A DNA stretch of 64,000 nucleotides from Podarcis vaucheri (taxonomy: Eukaryota). The translations under genes were made by a program, and so were the position numbers. The stretch lies in NCBI GenBank assembly GCA_965113315.1, contig OZ220364.1; one strand, written 5' to 3'. Under the pieces are notes generated by a model, which saw only the letters and a list, made by a program, of their open reading frames with translations, was not told where the DNA came from and did no database searches. This document shows, piece by piece, positions 39,001 through 49,255 of this stretch; position 1 is the stretch's first letter, and the number at the start of each line of letters is the position of its first letter.

Positions 39001-42000
39001 CTTTGCTCTGGGGAGAAAACTGTGTCCCTGGCACTTCTAGTGTGTGAGTCGGGTGCTCCCTTCCTCTGATCAGCTGTAGCTGCTGATCAGGGGAGTCTTT
39101 GTGGTTTACCTGGATTGAGTTGCACTGGTGGAGTAAAGGGGGGAGCACTCTTGGCCAGAGCAGCTGCTCTCCCTTTGCTCCAGGCCAGCAGAAATTGTAG
39201 TTCTTCTTGCAGGGCAGGTGGGTGGGTGGGGGTGTGACTGGGCAAGCTTCTGATCTTTAAAGTAGGCACAGCTTTCCTCCCATGTGCAAGTTATGGGAAT
39301 GCCTTTAGGCAGCAAATTAAAGGAACTTGTTCCTGCAAGTCTGTTCACTTCATTTGCCAAACGAATGAGCGGAATCAACACTTAGCAGAGTGCCTACATG
39401 TTCCACGTATAATGTAATGCAGTGATTCTAGTGTTGTGCAAATTCCTTCTTGGGTTTCTATCACCCCTCCCCTTTAAAAAAACAAACGCAACAACCCACA
39501 CCAAACTAGTCCTATTTCCTCAAAGGACTAGCTTTCAGCACCCAGTTTCCCTCTGCTGACTTCGCTTGGATTGTGGCTGGAGACCTAACCAGTGTGCAAG
39601 CAGCATCTGCTTCTCTCTGTGTAACAACAAGTTTTGTAGCAATGTTCTTAATTTGATCTCATCTCTCCCCCCCCCCCCCCCGGTAGCTCCCCAGTTTTCA
39701 GCTTCCGCCACCCACTGCTGCCTGGAGGGCAGGCACAGTCTCCACTCTGTGGTTCTTTAGGTAAGATGCTGCTGCTTTGTCTAGTCCCTCCCCCCTCCCT
39801 CGGCCAATACAAACCACATACAAGCTGTGGGGGAAGAAAAGGAGTCCTTCAGTTCTGTTGGGGGTAAAAGGTTAAGCAAAACACATGCAAGTCTCTTGGA
39901 GGTCCTTCTTAAGGCGTCATGATCATGACTGTAGGCATCCCCAGGGGCTTGTTTCTGTGGTTTCCCAAGCTCTTGGTCCTGGATAGCTGTTCAGCTTTAC
40001 CCAGCAGCTGCTGCACATTTCTCAAGAGCAACAGAGCCATAGTATGCCTGCCTTAGATGGCACAATTTTAAGATGCTTTGGTAAAGGCGCAGTATGCTAG
40101 ATTTCATTGCATGAGTAAGGGTGAGCTCTATTCAACCTCTTGTAAGGCAATAAGGGCTGCAATTTGTGCAACCAGAGAGGGGAAAGCTCTGCCCTTCTGG
40201 ATGCTTTGAATCTCCTCTAACTCCTATCCGGCCCAGCTGGCATGGCCCAAGGCCAAGGACAATGGGAGTTGTAGTCCAATTATGTCTGGAGGGCTGCAGG
40301 TTCCTCCTTCCTGGTTTACACCTGGAGCTTAGTTTGTGAATAGGCATGCACAAAATTGTGCTGGGTAAACTGGCCTATCATGGGAAAAGATCATTCTGTG
40401 AAGACAGGTTTTAATCTACATCTCACCTCAAGAGATGGCCCTAGACAGCCTGAGATATATCTGACGTCATCGCAGTTTGTGCTGCTGACGTCGTGCCCTC
40501 GTGGGCCTTTGGTTTCCTTTCAAACACATGCTTTGTGAAGGATCCTTGTCAAAGTAGAGCGGCTCTCCTTTTGTGTACTTGCTCCTCCTTGTTTTGTCCC
40601 CCAAGGACAGCCTGGGCCAACGTGGAGCCCTCCAGATGTTTTGGGTTCTCACTCCCATCAGCCAGAGCAAGCATGGACAGTGGTCAGGGAGGGATGGGAG
40701 CTGGAGTCTGAAACATCTGGCAAGCTGCTTGGATTCCTCTCACCCCTTGAGTTGAGAGCCTTGACTCCTGCCACCAAGTCTCTAGGACAACCCCGCTGTA
40801 TCTTCTTGTTCCTCTGATTTGGGTCCTTTTTGTGTCCTTAGGCTCCCTGCATCACTCTACATCCATGTCCCATGTTGAGGGCTTTGGTAAACCATGGAGC
40901 AAGAAGCAGCTCAGGTGAGGAGCACGGGGGGTGGATTTCATATGGCCAGAGGAGGGGACAACTTCCCAGACCTCTGCTTATCCACTGACTTGGGATACAG
41001 AGTTGTGAGAAGCAATACCAGCAGGTTGTGAGTGGAAGGTGGGCTTGGAATGTCCCAGCTTGTCCGTCCTTCTTCTGCTCCTAATCTTATCGCTTTGCTC
41101 TGCTTCCCTAGCCACCCGTTGTCGCAGGCGGTCTCCTTCAGCATCCCCTTTGGCTTGGACAGCGATGTGGACATTGTGATGGGGAACCCGGTGGGCATGC
41201 TGCGCTCTGTCAGCTCAGACAGCCTGGCCCCTGCCCTCTATTCCTCCTTGCCTCGCTCCCCGCGCCCCCGGTCCACTGACGTGGTTGAGGCCCCCAATGG
41301 CTTAGTGACAACACCGCTCCACGGGGCTGGACCCAAGGCCCAGGAAGGGCTGGCCCTGGAAAACGGGCTGAGCGACGGCTACCCCGACCTGCCTACCATC
41401 GAGGAGGCCCTGCAGATCATCCACAGCAGCGAGCGCCTGCTCCCCGAGGGAGCGCCCGATGGCTTTTACCTGCACTCTCCGGAGCCGCCGAAAACTTCTG
41501 TGCCAGAAAAGGCACCCATGGCAACTGTTTACCGCTGCCACAATGGCCCCCCCAATGGGGCCGAGCCAGCCCAGGATGGCAGCTTAGACTCAGACGCCGA
41601 GGAGCCCACGCGGGCCCCTGGCGGCCCCGACGACTCCACCTCGTGCGTCAGTTCGCTGAGCTCGCAGCCCGACAGCACGGCTTCGTCCGCCTCTGGCGTG
41701 CGCATGACCAGCTTTGCGGAGCGCAAGAAGAAGCTGGCGGCGACAGACAGCAAGTCCAGTGGGATCAGCTCCGAGGGCTCTGAAGTTGGGCCTGTCCCGC
41801 CAGACGAGAGCCCCGCCCAGAGCCCCGCCCTCAGCTCAGAGATGAACCAGCTGGGGGCGCGGCTGGAGGAGAAGCGCCGGGCCATCGAGGCTCAGAAGAA
41901 GCGCATTGAGGCCATCTTCACCCGGCACCGCCAGCGCCTGGGCAAGAGTGCCTTCCTGCAGCTACAGAAGGCCCCCGATGCCCAGGGCCAGTCGGAGGAT

Positions 42001-45000
42001 GGCCGGCTTGCTCTCGAGGAGCGGCTTGCCCAGCTGGAGGCCGAAGAAGAGGCCGGAAGCCCTCGGGCCCGCCTAGACAACAAGCAGGTGACCTTTTCCC
42101 CGGAAATCACCAAGGGCGGAGCGTTGGACGAGAACCTGGGCGACTACAACCGGGCGGTGGCCAAGCTGAATACCGCCCTGAGCTCCCTGCAGCTGGACAT
42201 GCAGCGTCTGAGCGATCAGCAGCAGCGCCTCCTGCTGGATAAGAAGCCTAGCGTGCAGGCCTGGGTGATCCCAGCCCCAAGGACCGGCCGTGAAGGGGCT
42301 CCTCCCCGCTCCTCCCTGGAGCTGTCCTCCCCATCTCCATCGCCCTCCCCTTCCCGCAAGTCCCGCTCCCCTCAGCCCACCCCTAAGAAGTCTCCCGCCC
42401 CAGCTCCGCCCAAGAGCCCCCGGCACGCCCGGCCAGTGGAGCTGAAGCTGCCGCCCCTCACGCGGGTCCTGACGCCTCCCCACAACGTGGACACCCTCCC
42501 GCACCTCCGCAAGTTTTCCCCCAGCCAGGTGCCCATGCAGACCCGCTCCTCCCTCCATTTTGCCGAGGACGAGGAGCTGCCCGTGCCGGAGGCCCAGGGG
42601 AACTTGCGGCCCGTGGCCTCGGTGCCCCCTCAGGGGGGCAATGGCCGTGTCTCGGGGGATGGCACCAGTGACGTCTCCTCGCCCAGTGACCGGCGCAGCA
42701 GCCTGATTGAAATCCCCTTGTCCAGCCTGAAGGGGGAGGAGGAAGACGATGACGCAGATGGCGACGACTCACTGGAGGGATCCATCACCGAGGCCCTGGA
42801 CTCCGAGCCGGCCCGGGCTGGCATGGGCTTCTACTTCAAGGTAAGTGCTTGAAGCAGAGACTGCTAACACTCATGGTGGGCATTCTGCACTTTCTATAGA
42901 AGAGCTTTTGGAGCATGGGCAAGAGGCAGCTGGCGCTTGGAGCCAGCCAGGGCTAGGCTGGGCTTCAGGTGGCTGGGCTGCTTCGCTCTTTCTTGGCTGG
43001 CTCAAGGTAATAGGAGTAGGCGGCCTGCAGTGGGACAGGGATTCCAAGGGGCCCCGTTTGACTGGCAGAAGCGTATGCAGAATGTACAGGTGGGGTTGCT
43101 GAAGCCAAGTACTCGAACAAAGACACTGTGTGTGTGTGTGTGTGTGCAACTTAAAACGGGCATCTCCTTTCTGAGATCCTTGTGGGTCAGGGAAGATCTT
43201 TTTCCAGACGTGTTTTTTTCTACTGCGCCGGCTTAAATCACACCAGCTGCTGCTGCTCTCTAGTGGCAATGCAGATCTCTGCAGCATCTTGGACTGGCCC
43301 AAAGATAGGACCATAAGCATGAGCTCCAGAAGCAGAGCTCAGCCTCGAAGAGAGGATGGAGTGTGGGTCATGTACAGAATGACCTCGGCCAGGTTGACTT
43401 GGGATTTGCAGTGTGAGTTTGAGGTCTCAGTTCCTGAGCTTTCTGCCAGTTTTGGACCTCATTCTGAGGCTCGATAATCCTGGGACCTCCAGGCATTGAT
43501 AAATCATGCCTGGAAGTTTCTTCCTTCTCTCTATCACCTACCCTTGGGATTCGGATCCTATCTGTAGGTGCTAGGAATCCCATTTTGGGCAAGCCATATC
43601 TATGGGTGGCAGGATCACACAGGATACATGGAGTGGCATTTCCAGAGGGGTTGAGAGCAGTTGGCTCCAGTCCAGAGGAAGGTAGAAAAAGAACCTAAGA
43701 GCTCTAGTTCAGCATCCAGTTGTCATTGTAGCCAACCATAAGGACAGGCCTGGCTGCTGCGTGACTCCTGTCCTGAAAGTGAAAAGTGACCCTGCATCTT
43801 AGAGGACTCACCCACCCTTTCTCTCTACTGACTTGCTGCGTTTGTTCAGGATGAGGCGAAGGCTGAGGAGGAAATGGCGCAGAAGCGCGCAAGCTTCCTA
43901 GAGAGGCAGCAGCGACGCACTGAGGAGGCGAAGCGCAGGAAGCAATGGCAGGAGGCGGAGAAGGAGAAGAAAGAGGAGGAGGCAAGGTGAGACTGGGATG
44001 GGGGAAGCCACAGGGTCCTTCTCATTCTTGGCCCTCCTTGTAGGCATGGCCATGGTAGGTGCTTCTGCTGTGGTGGGAGGCCTTGTGCTTCCAGTGTTCC
44101 ACCCCCCCCCCAATTGCTCTATTTGGTTTCTCCAGTTCCCATGCTACACCGACACAGAAATCGAGTCACTCAAGTAATGCTTTATACATCCATAACTACT
44201 GCTTCATTTGTTTTGTATTGGTTCTGATGCACTGGGATTTCCCATTGTGTGGAAATGGCTCTCATGTCACGGTGGGGCCTTGTGTGAATGGGGCCCTTTT
44301 CACTCAATCTTCCATGGCAAAAGGGGCAAGATTCAGGGCCTGGCCATTCAGAATGAGGGTATAATAAACAGATTGGTCGCACTTATTCCAAGGACAGTGT
44401 CTGGATCTTTCTTGGAGCAAAATGTGCCCACCTTATGTAGAGCCAACGAACTCTGACTGCTTGGCGTGCCGTCTTCAAGGACTTTCTCCTGTACAAACCC
44501 TGCTGCCTAGAATGAGATCCGTGTGTGAGCAAGATTGTCTAGTGCAAAATAAGTTCCTGCTGGCCCTCAATTCGTAGATTTTCTTCTAAGCTGGCAGCAG
44601 AAGTGTGTGTGAGTAAAGGAAATAACCTGGCAAAGTGTCATCTGTTGCTTGCACCTTCCCCCAGCAGGGCTCACTGCTTGTGCTATGGAGGGCAGAGGAA
44701 TCGCTGTAACCTCTGGCAGATGCTTGTGAGCCAACCACCATTTTGACATTCCCGCATTGACCTGATGAACCATTGTCTTGGAACATTATGGGAATAATTT
44801 GCAGGGTATTCTAGGGGACATATTCTAGAGCAGGAAGAGTCATTGTGGTTCCCTCTAGATACTGCTGAACTACAAGCCCCCACCTTGTTCTAGGGCATGG
44901 GTAGGCAAACTAAGGCCTGGGGGCCAGATCCGGCCAAACTGCCAGTCCGGGAATCAGCAAGTTTTTACATGAGTAGAATGTGTCCTTTTATTTAAAATGC

Positions 45001-47697
45001 GCCTCTGGGTTATTTGCGCGGCATAGGAATTCGTTCATTTTTTTCTTCAAAATATAGTCCGCCCCCCCCCCCCAGGTCTGAGGGACAGTGGACCGGCCCC
45101 CTGCTGAAAAAGTTTGCTGACCCGTTTTAGGGAATGTTCTTGGTTTGCACACAGGGCATCAGTTGTGCCTACTGAACCTGGCTGTTACGATCCATGAGCT
45201 GAGAATGCAACCACCTCCCATTGTTGCTTCATACTGCAAGAGAAGAGGGGTAGTTCTGGGAGGCATGTCTGTGGTTACCATACCCCCGCCCCCATTAAGG
45301 GGCGGTTTCAGAATGCAGATGAAAAACTAATTCATTTTACCTAAAGAGTAACTAAGGGCAGAATTCATTTGATGAGTCCCATCAGCGGAAGCCCTGCGTA
45401 AGGACTTTCATTTGCACAGTAGGGTTTCCCCTGCTGCGCACCCTAAAACTGGAGAGGAGAGATCAGCCCACTTGGTGAGCTGCAGTGCACTTTAGTCTGA
45501 TGTTGAATCCTTCCTCCTATAACTACAAAATGCCCGGTGGATTTTGGGTTAATAGCAGATTCTGTGCCTGGTGGGCTTGTGGTCACTTTTAACCTCTGGC
45601 TGTGTTCTTGACTGTGCTTCTCCAGACAGCGGCAGGCAGAGGAGCAGCCCCGGCAAGAGGAGGAAGTGGTGGGGCCGAGGCGCGGTGACTTCACCCGCCT
45701 GGAATACCAGCGGCGCCATCAGCTCAAGCTGATGGAGGACCTGGACAAAGTGCTGCGGCAGAAGCCCACCACTGTGCGCGCCCTCAAGAAGGGGCGGCCC
45801 AAGACCGTCTTCTGTGATGACTCTGCCCTAGCGCGCAGCCCCGTTAAAGGCCTCCTTGGTAAGAGCTGTGGCTAGTTGGGAGAGGAGCTGGGCACGCTCT
45901 GCAGGGCGGCGGAAAACTTGTAAACGCAGCTGCCATGTGTCACGGTGGCGCTAGAATGCAAAGGGACCGTGGTTCAGGAAAGGGACAGCTGTGGCCATGT
46001 AAACTTTGCCCCCATCTCCTGATCATGTGTCTGCCTATTCCTAGGCTCCAAGCTCAGCAAGGTGTATTCCCAGTCGACTCTCTCGCTTTCTACAGTGGCC
46101 AATGATCCTGGCAACTCGCTCTCCATCAAGAGGTCTTCTCGGTGAGTTTGTAGTGCTTCTACTTAGCCTTGTTACTCTAACGCCTTAAGAGGGCACAGGG
46201 GAGATGCAGAAACCCTGGCAGTGTGCTCTAGGGTGGGTGGGATTTGGGTTGGCCTTCTAGCTAGTAGCAGGCCCAAGGAAAATGGGTTTGTGCTGCGCTT
46301 GCAGAAGTTAAGGGTGAGCACTTCTGTTTTGCAGAGCTGCGTCTCCTTCTGGGCCAATGTCCCCCAGCCGGTTGCTGTCCAACCAGAACCGGGAGCGTGA
46401 CTGGGAGAACGCATCAACCGCCTCCTCGCCAGCCTCCATTCCAGAGTACACAGGTAAACCTCTTGCTGTCTCAGTCCTCCCTTCCAGAAAATTCCAGCTT
46501 TCCTCCTGTGACACTACAGAGGGGGCTCTGCTAGATCGCCTTCTCCAAATGCACTGGCAAAGTGTCTTGATCTGGTGCCTGCTCTGCAAGGGCATCAAGA
46601 GACCTCCAGATCTTTTGCCTCGTGAAGCATCTCTGTTTGTCTTGCCAGGGCTGCCCTCCTTAAGGAGCCTCGTGAGCCTGTCTTCTCTACTGAACTCTTC
46701 TTCTCTCTGCAGGACCCAAGCTGTACAAGGAGCCCAGTGCCAAGTCCAATAAGTACATTATTCACAATGCACTGTCTCACTGCTGCCTTGCTGGCAAAGT
46801 CAATGAACCCCAGAAAAATCGCATCCTGGAGGTAAGCTGAGGGGGCAATAACATGGGGTGGGATGGCAGGTTGTTAAATGGCTGTGGGCTGGGCAAGATG
46901 CATCCTTCGCCCTCGACTTGCTGAACTGTGCACATCATGTAGATATCTTCCTCTGATCTCTGTGAATTTGGAAGATCATGTTGGTTCCAGCTCCTGACTC
47001 TGCATGGGCTTTGCTTAATACAGCAAGGCCTCACCTTCCGCTGTTAGAATATAGCGGCATAAAAGCATCACACTGGCTGCACCACTGAGAGATGTTAATC
47101 ATAGAACCCCATGTGCAAAGGTGTTTGGTCACGTTCATTGGCTGTGAGCCTAGTGGCGGTTGAACTGTACTGGCAGAAGGTAGGAGAGCCCTCTAGCCTC
47201 TGAAGAAGTCTCCCTTTTCTCAGTGGAGATGAAGAAAATCATGTGTGACAGCTGCTGGCTCACAAGAACTTAGAACTGTATGTGTTTGTTGTTGGTTCTG
47301 CAGACATTTCTAATGTTGGAATGTTTTATGTGCCTCGACTTGATTCTTACTCCTGTTTTACACGCATCTTCCTCCCTGCCTCCCTCCATTTTAGGAAGTG
47401 GAGAAGAGCAAAGCCAATCACTTCCTCATCCTGTTCCGTGATTCGAGCTGCCAGTTCCGGGCGCTGTACACCCTGTCGCCAGAGACGGAGGAACTGACGC
47501 GCCTGGCAGGCTACGGGCCGCGCACCATCACTCTGGCCATGATCGAGGGGATCTACAAGTACAGCTCTGACCGTAAGCGCTTCACGCAGATTCCCAGCAA
47601 GACCATGTCCATGAGTGTGGATGCCTTCACCATCCAAGGACACCTCTGGCAGACCAAGAAGCCAGGCACCCCCAAGAAGCCAGGCACACCAAAATAG
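5256..47697 (+). CDS. CAMSAP3: CAMSAP3 (calmodulin-regulated spectrin-associated protein 3, microtubule minus-end binding), complete spliced CDS of 19 exons, 4038 nt, ~1345 aa
   Basis: join(5256-5403,23501-23766,29875-30009,31697-31795,32443-32475,33462-33509,35233-35371,35526-35665,36213-36306,37829-37880,39687-39760,40842-40914,41112-42840,43850-43986,45626-45858,46045-46141,46335-46453,46713-46831,47395-47697). All introns are GT-AG, phases are consistent and the total is divisible by 3. Peptides match recalled CAMSAP3: FLVPEIKPLDQYDF, CH domain, LPTIEEALQIIHS, CC1 LEEKRRAIEAQKKRIE, C-terminal CKK domain. XAB2 is the neighbour. Confidence 0.97.
8584..8957 (+). mobile_element. Sauria SINE (Squam1-type), near full length
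   Basis: tggcgctgtggtctagaccactgagc head, gtgagctcccgttgct and gtgcaagtagataaatgggtacc core, (acctt)n-like tail; matches recalled squamate SINE consensus. Confidence 0.85.
8968..9159 (+). mobile_element. tRNA-derived SINE (~190 bp, ctatgttcc tail); exact family name uncertain
   Basis: A-box catagctcagtg, B-box gttcaatccc, tail tcagtataaggcacatttctatgttcc; homologous copies elsewhere in the window. Confidence 0.8.
9574..9815. mobile_element. Tc1/mariner-pogo (Tigger-like) MITE
   Basis: TA|cagtggtacctc ... gaggtatgactt|TA termini. Confidence 0.8.
10397..10532. mobile_element. Palindromic hAT-type MITE (clearest copy of a ~135-bp family)
   Basis: Whole element is an inverted repeat (caggcacccccaaact...agtttggggatgcctg); TSD tcttatat / tcttttat. 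Confidence 0.88.
11420..11611 (+). mobile_element. tRNA-derived SINE, same family as 8968-9159
   Basis: ggttcaattcccagc B-box, tagacaatactgagc core, tcagtataaggaagcttcttatgttcc tail. Confidence 0.8.
12534..12860. mobile_element. Diverged hAT-like repeat; related copy at ~14850-15150
   Basis: cagggatggggcacc start; shared aagagg..tta / gggccacatttg motifs between the copies; boundaries approximate. Confidence 0.5.
13890..14320 (+). mobile_element. CR1 LINE 3' fragment
   Basis: ccaatgaagctgaat...gagattcaggacagac...ggctttaagaggggattagacaaattaatgg is typical of a CR1 ORF2 end; boundaries approximate. Confidence 0.75.
17399..17587 (+). mobile_element. tRNA-derived SINE, same family, diverged
   Basis: gcagaaggtcacaggttcagtccctg head region and aagtataagtcggcttcctat tail. 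Confidence 0.7.
19603..19682 (+). mobile_element. tRNA-Lys-derived SINE head or tRNA pseudogene fragment
   Basis: ttgctcagttggtagagcacaggacttaatctcag...tttcgagccccatgttgggc resembles tRNA-Lys(CTT), with indels and no intact cloverleaf. Confidence 0.7.
22253..22507. mobile_element. hAT-type non-autonomous element (~255 bp)
   Basis: catgggtaagcaaact ... agtttgctgactcctg termini; near-identical copy at 44896-45124. Confidence 0.85.
22600..22737. mobile_element. Palindromic hAT-type MITE copy
   Basis: ccagatgttgttggactacaactccca ... tgggagttgtagttcaacaacatctgg. Confidence 0.85.
23501..23766 (+). CDS. CAMSAP3: CAMSAP3 exon 2 (EHIPAELREPFYTDQYEQEH...HHKPIRL)
   Basis: Acceptor gtgtgtacag|; donor CTG|gtaagt; lies inside ORF 23452-23925. 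Confidence 0.96.
25297..25468 (-). mobile_element. tRNA-derived SINE, same family, antisense and diverged
   Basis: taggaacatctgcc...gattgaaccagggaccctctgc is the reverse complement of the tail and B-box. Confidence 0.65.
29875..30009 (+). CDS. CAMSAP3: CAMSAP3 exon 3 (GAHLALIDSLMTAFALE...KLLHWIDM)
   Basis: Acceptor cgtacag|; donor ATG|gtacct; 135 nt. Confidence 0.95.
30024..30064. repeat. (ATCA)n microsatellite just downstream of the exon 3 donor
   Basis: About 10 copies read directly. Confidence 0.95.
30972..31637. mobile_element. Nested Tc1/mariner-type MITEs (outer 30972-31637; inner 31001-31457)
   Basis: Outer TA|cagtcatacctt ... gaggtttgactg|TA; inner TA|ctgtattttc ... gaaaagtatgg|TA. 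Confidence 0.8.
31697..31795 (+). CDS. CAMSAP3: CAMSAP3 exon 4 (IIHKIQQSSEQECTQRAAPGTDGQTQASNSGPK)
   Basis: Acceptor cctccctccag|; donor AAG|gtgcgt; 99 nt, phase 0/0. Confidence 0.9.
32443..32475 (+). CDS. CAMSAP3: CAMSAP3 alternative microexon A, 33 nt (CPTRWYWKLVP)
   Basis: Acceptor cctctgcttcag|; donor CCT|gtaagt; frame-preserving; WYWKLVP motif recalled from CAMSAP-family long isoforms. Confidence 0.92.
33462..33509 (+). CDS. CAMSAP3: CAMSAP3 alternative microexon B, 48 nt (HAIAFCLKESGNKPPV)
   Basis: Acceptor attgcatccag|; donor GTG|gtaatg; frame-preserving; peptide recalled from the mammalian long isoform. Confidence 0.9.
35233..35371 (+). CDS. CAMSAP3: CAMSAP3 exon 7 (IRYRKDK...HYYCPQIVRLE), start of CH domain
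   Basis: Acceptor tgcacag|; donor G|gtaagt; 139 nt. Confidence 0.96.
35526..35665 (+). CDS. CAMSAP3: CAMSAP3 exon 8 (DVCLKETMSVADSLYNLQLIQ...YMPPMLR)
   Basis: Acceptor cctggtag|; donor AGG|gtgagt; 140 nt. Confidence 0.96.
36213..36306 (+). CDS. CAMSAP3: CAMSAP3 exon 9 (INVGVFLAELFLCFEVLKPDFVHPKELPGLQ)
   Basis: Acceptor aaccccag|; donor G|gtaaga; 94 nt. Confidence 0.95.
37829..37880 (+). CDS. CAMSAP3: CAMSAP3 exon 10 (DSPGLNDSLTPNSGNNS)
   Basis: Acceptor tcttccag|; donor CAG|gtaagg; 52 nt; phase 1/2 is required to bridge the flanking exons. Confidence 0.85.
38060..38310 (-). mobile_element. tRNA-derived SINE (antisense) interrupted by a palindromic hAT-type MITE fragment at ~38131-38227
   Basis: SINE tail tgccttatgctga...tattgtctacac, then cagggtttcccaatcttggg...gggagctgtagt, then SINE resumes with ccctacctagagatgccagggattg. 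Confidence 0.65.
39687..39760 (+). CDS. CAMSAP3: CAMSAP3 exon 11 (SSPVFSFRHPLLPGGQAQSPLCGSL)
   Basis: Poly-C tract then cggtag|; donor TAG|gtaaga; 74 nt; matches recalled SPVFTFRHPLL. Confidence 0.92.
40842..40914 (+). CDS. CAMSAP3: CAMSAP3 exon 12 (GSLHHSTSMSHVEGFGKPWSKKQL)
   Basis: Acceptor tccttag|; donor CAG|gtgagg; 73 nt. Confidence 0.93.
41112..42840 (+). CDS. CAMSAP3: CAMSAP3 large exon 13 (katanin-binding IEEALQIIHS motif, CC1, CC2, proline-rich/D2 region)
   Basis: Inside ORF 41032-42852; acceptor ttccctag|; donor AAG|gtaagt; 1729 nt; CpG-rich coding composition. Confidence 0.97.
43850..43986 (+). CDS. CAMSAP3: CAMSAP3 exon 14, CC3 (DEAKAEEEMAQKRASFLERQQRRTEEAKRRKQWQE...)
   Basis: Acceptor tttgttcag|; donor AAG|gtgaga; 137 nt. 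Confidence 0.95.
44896..45124. mobile_element. hAT-type non-autonomous element, second copy
   Basis: Homologous to 22253-22507; TSD ttctaggg / ttttaggg. Confidence 0.85.
45626..45858 (+). CDS. CAMSAP3: CAMSAP3 exon 15 (...GPRRGDFTRLEYQRRHQLKLMEDLDKVLR...KGLL)
   Basis: Acceptor ttctccag|; donor TTG|gtaaga; 233 nt. Confidence 0.94.
46045..46141 (+). CDS. CAMSAP3: CAMSAP3 exon 16 (GSKLSKVYSQSTLSLSTVANDPGNSLSIKRSS)
   Basis: Acceptor ttcctag|; donor TCG|gtgagt; 97 nt. Confidence 0.95.
46335..46453 (+). CDS. CAMSAP3: CAMSAP3 exon 17 (AASPSGPMSPSRLL...RDWENASTASSPASIPEYT)
   Basis: Acceptor ttttgcag|; donor CAG|gtaaac; 119 nt. Confidence 0.95.
46713..46831 (+). CDS. CAMSAP3: CAMSAP3 exon 18, CKK domain start (GPKLYKEPSAKSNKYIIHNALSHCCLAGKVNEPQKNRILE)
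   Basis: Acceptor ctctgcag|; donor GAG|gtaagc; 119 nt. Confidence 0.97.
47395..47697 (+). CDS. CAMSAP3: CAMSAP3 last coding exon, CKK domain (EVEKSKANHFLILFRD...KKPGTPK*)
   Basis: Acceptor ccattttag|; TAG stop at 47695-47697. Confidence 0.97.
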   Translation, partial: EVEKSKANHFLILFRDSSCQFRALYTLSPETEELTRLAGYGPRTITLAMIEGIYKYSSDRKRFTQIPSKTMSMSVDAFTIQGHLWQTKKPGTPKKPGTPK

Positions 47698-49181
47698 CCA
47701 GGCCTTTCCAACCTCAGCCCGTCTACTGCTTTTCTCTGCCTGGACTTTAGAGCTGCTACTTCTTAGGTTGCCGGCCCAAGTTGGATACATGGAACCCTAC
47801 ACATTGCCTTCCAAAATGGGTGGCTTGCGTAGATGGGTCTGTTAAGCAGGGGGCTACATCTTGTACTGGACCAGCGCTATCTCTGGCTGGATCAGAGCCA
47901 CACAGGAGTCTTGTGCATAGTTCTGATGCCAGTTCTAAGGAGACTACTTTTTTTGGGGGGGGGGGGGTTGTTGACAGATGCTCTGGAAACTGCCAAATCC
48001 CATGATAATCTAGAGGCTCAGAGTTGCCATAGTGACACTGCCCTACATGCGGCCTGTGTGCGCTCGTCTGGGCTCCTGCATGCTCTGTCTGCCTCCAGCC
48101 ACCACCTGAATGTTGGTCCACCACCACAGCAATGAAGGGTCTCTCTCTCTGACTTCTGCTTGCCTGGGGAACGGGGGCCCAGGCCTTCTTTGGTTCTGTT
48201 CGGGGTTTCTTGTTTCCCTGGGTGCCCCTGTTTATATTTATACATACTTATACATATATATATAGATATATATATATATATCTTGGAGCTATTTAATGAT
48301 TTTTCAATTATTTGTATATAAAAAGGAACAAATTGCATTTGGAACAGTGGGGCAGGGTGAATTTGTATATGGAGATAGGCATGGTGGGGGGAGGGTAGCA
48401 CAGAACAAGGTGTGTGTGTGTGTGGATGGATGGATGTTTCCTCCTTTGGCGTTTTGTCTTTCTTCCTTCCCCACTTCCCCTTTGGGCTTTTTCCCCCTGC
48501 TCCCTTGTTCACAAGGGCTATTTGGTGTAGGGATGGGCAAGGGCTGTTTACATGTCATAACTTTTTAGCAGGCATTTTGGGGGATGGCAGGGAGCCTGCG
48601 AATTTGGCAAGCTTCAGCTGGCCATTCTCATTCAAAATATTTGGAAGCTGGGAGTTGCTGTAGTCACAGAGCAGGCCTCTGTGGATCCTGAACTGAGCTG
48701 CCAAATGGAAAATGCAAACTCCTACCTGCTCTAGGAAGAGAGCAGGCTCCAGCCCCTTCTTTCCTTCCTTCCTTACCAGTTTAGAGCTGCACCTCTGGGC
48801 TGTAGCAGGCAGTGAATGTAGGCTGCTCCTTCAGTTGTCCTCCCCAAGAGCCAGAGGAGGCCTGGGCACTGAGGGGCTTCTACCCTCTATTCTTTCTCTT
48901 CTCCCCCACCCCCTACCCGGCCCACTTGCTGTCTGGGTCTTTTCCTCCGCCTCCTGCTCTTTTGGGGTAGCAGTTGCTCTCAAAGCAGAGTGCAGGAGGG
49001 AGCTGGGGGAAGCCAGTCCTGTTCAGCTTGGGGTTCTGTCTTGTTCAACGTTATTCCAGGTCTCTCCTGGTTGCTTGTTGATGGCCGAATGTCATGTAGG
49101 TGTTTGGGGATACAGTATAGTGCAGGGTTGGTGTTAAAAAAAAATTAAAAGGGCAGGTGGGAACTTCGTCCCTGGCTGCTT

Positions 49182-49255
49182 AATAAAGTAACTTAAATGA
49201 ACTCTTTGCTGGTCATTACTTGTACTTCCATTCCACACAGGGTGGGGTGAATAAA
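49182..49255 (+). terminator. Candidate CAMSAP3 polyadenylation signals (AATAAA at 49182-49187 and 49250-49255)
   Basis: Canonical hexamers ~1.5 kb after the stop codon, followed by U/GU-rich sequence; the site actually used is unknown. Confidence 0.6.

Noticed and set aside
41302-42824. Antisense ORFs within the large exon
   Set aside because: Shadow frames of GC-rich coding sequence.
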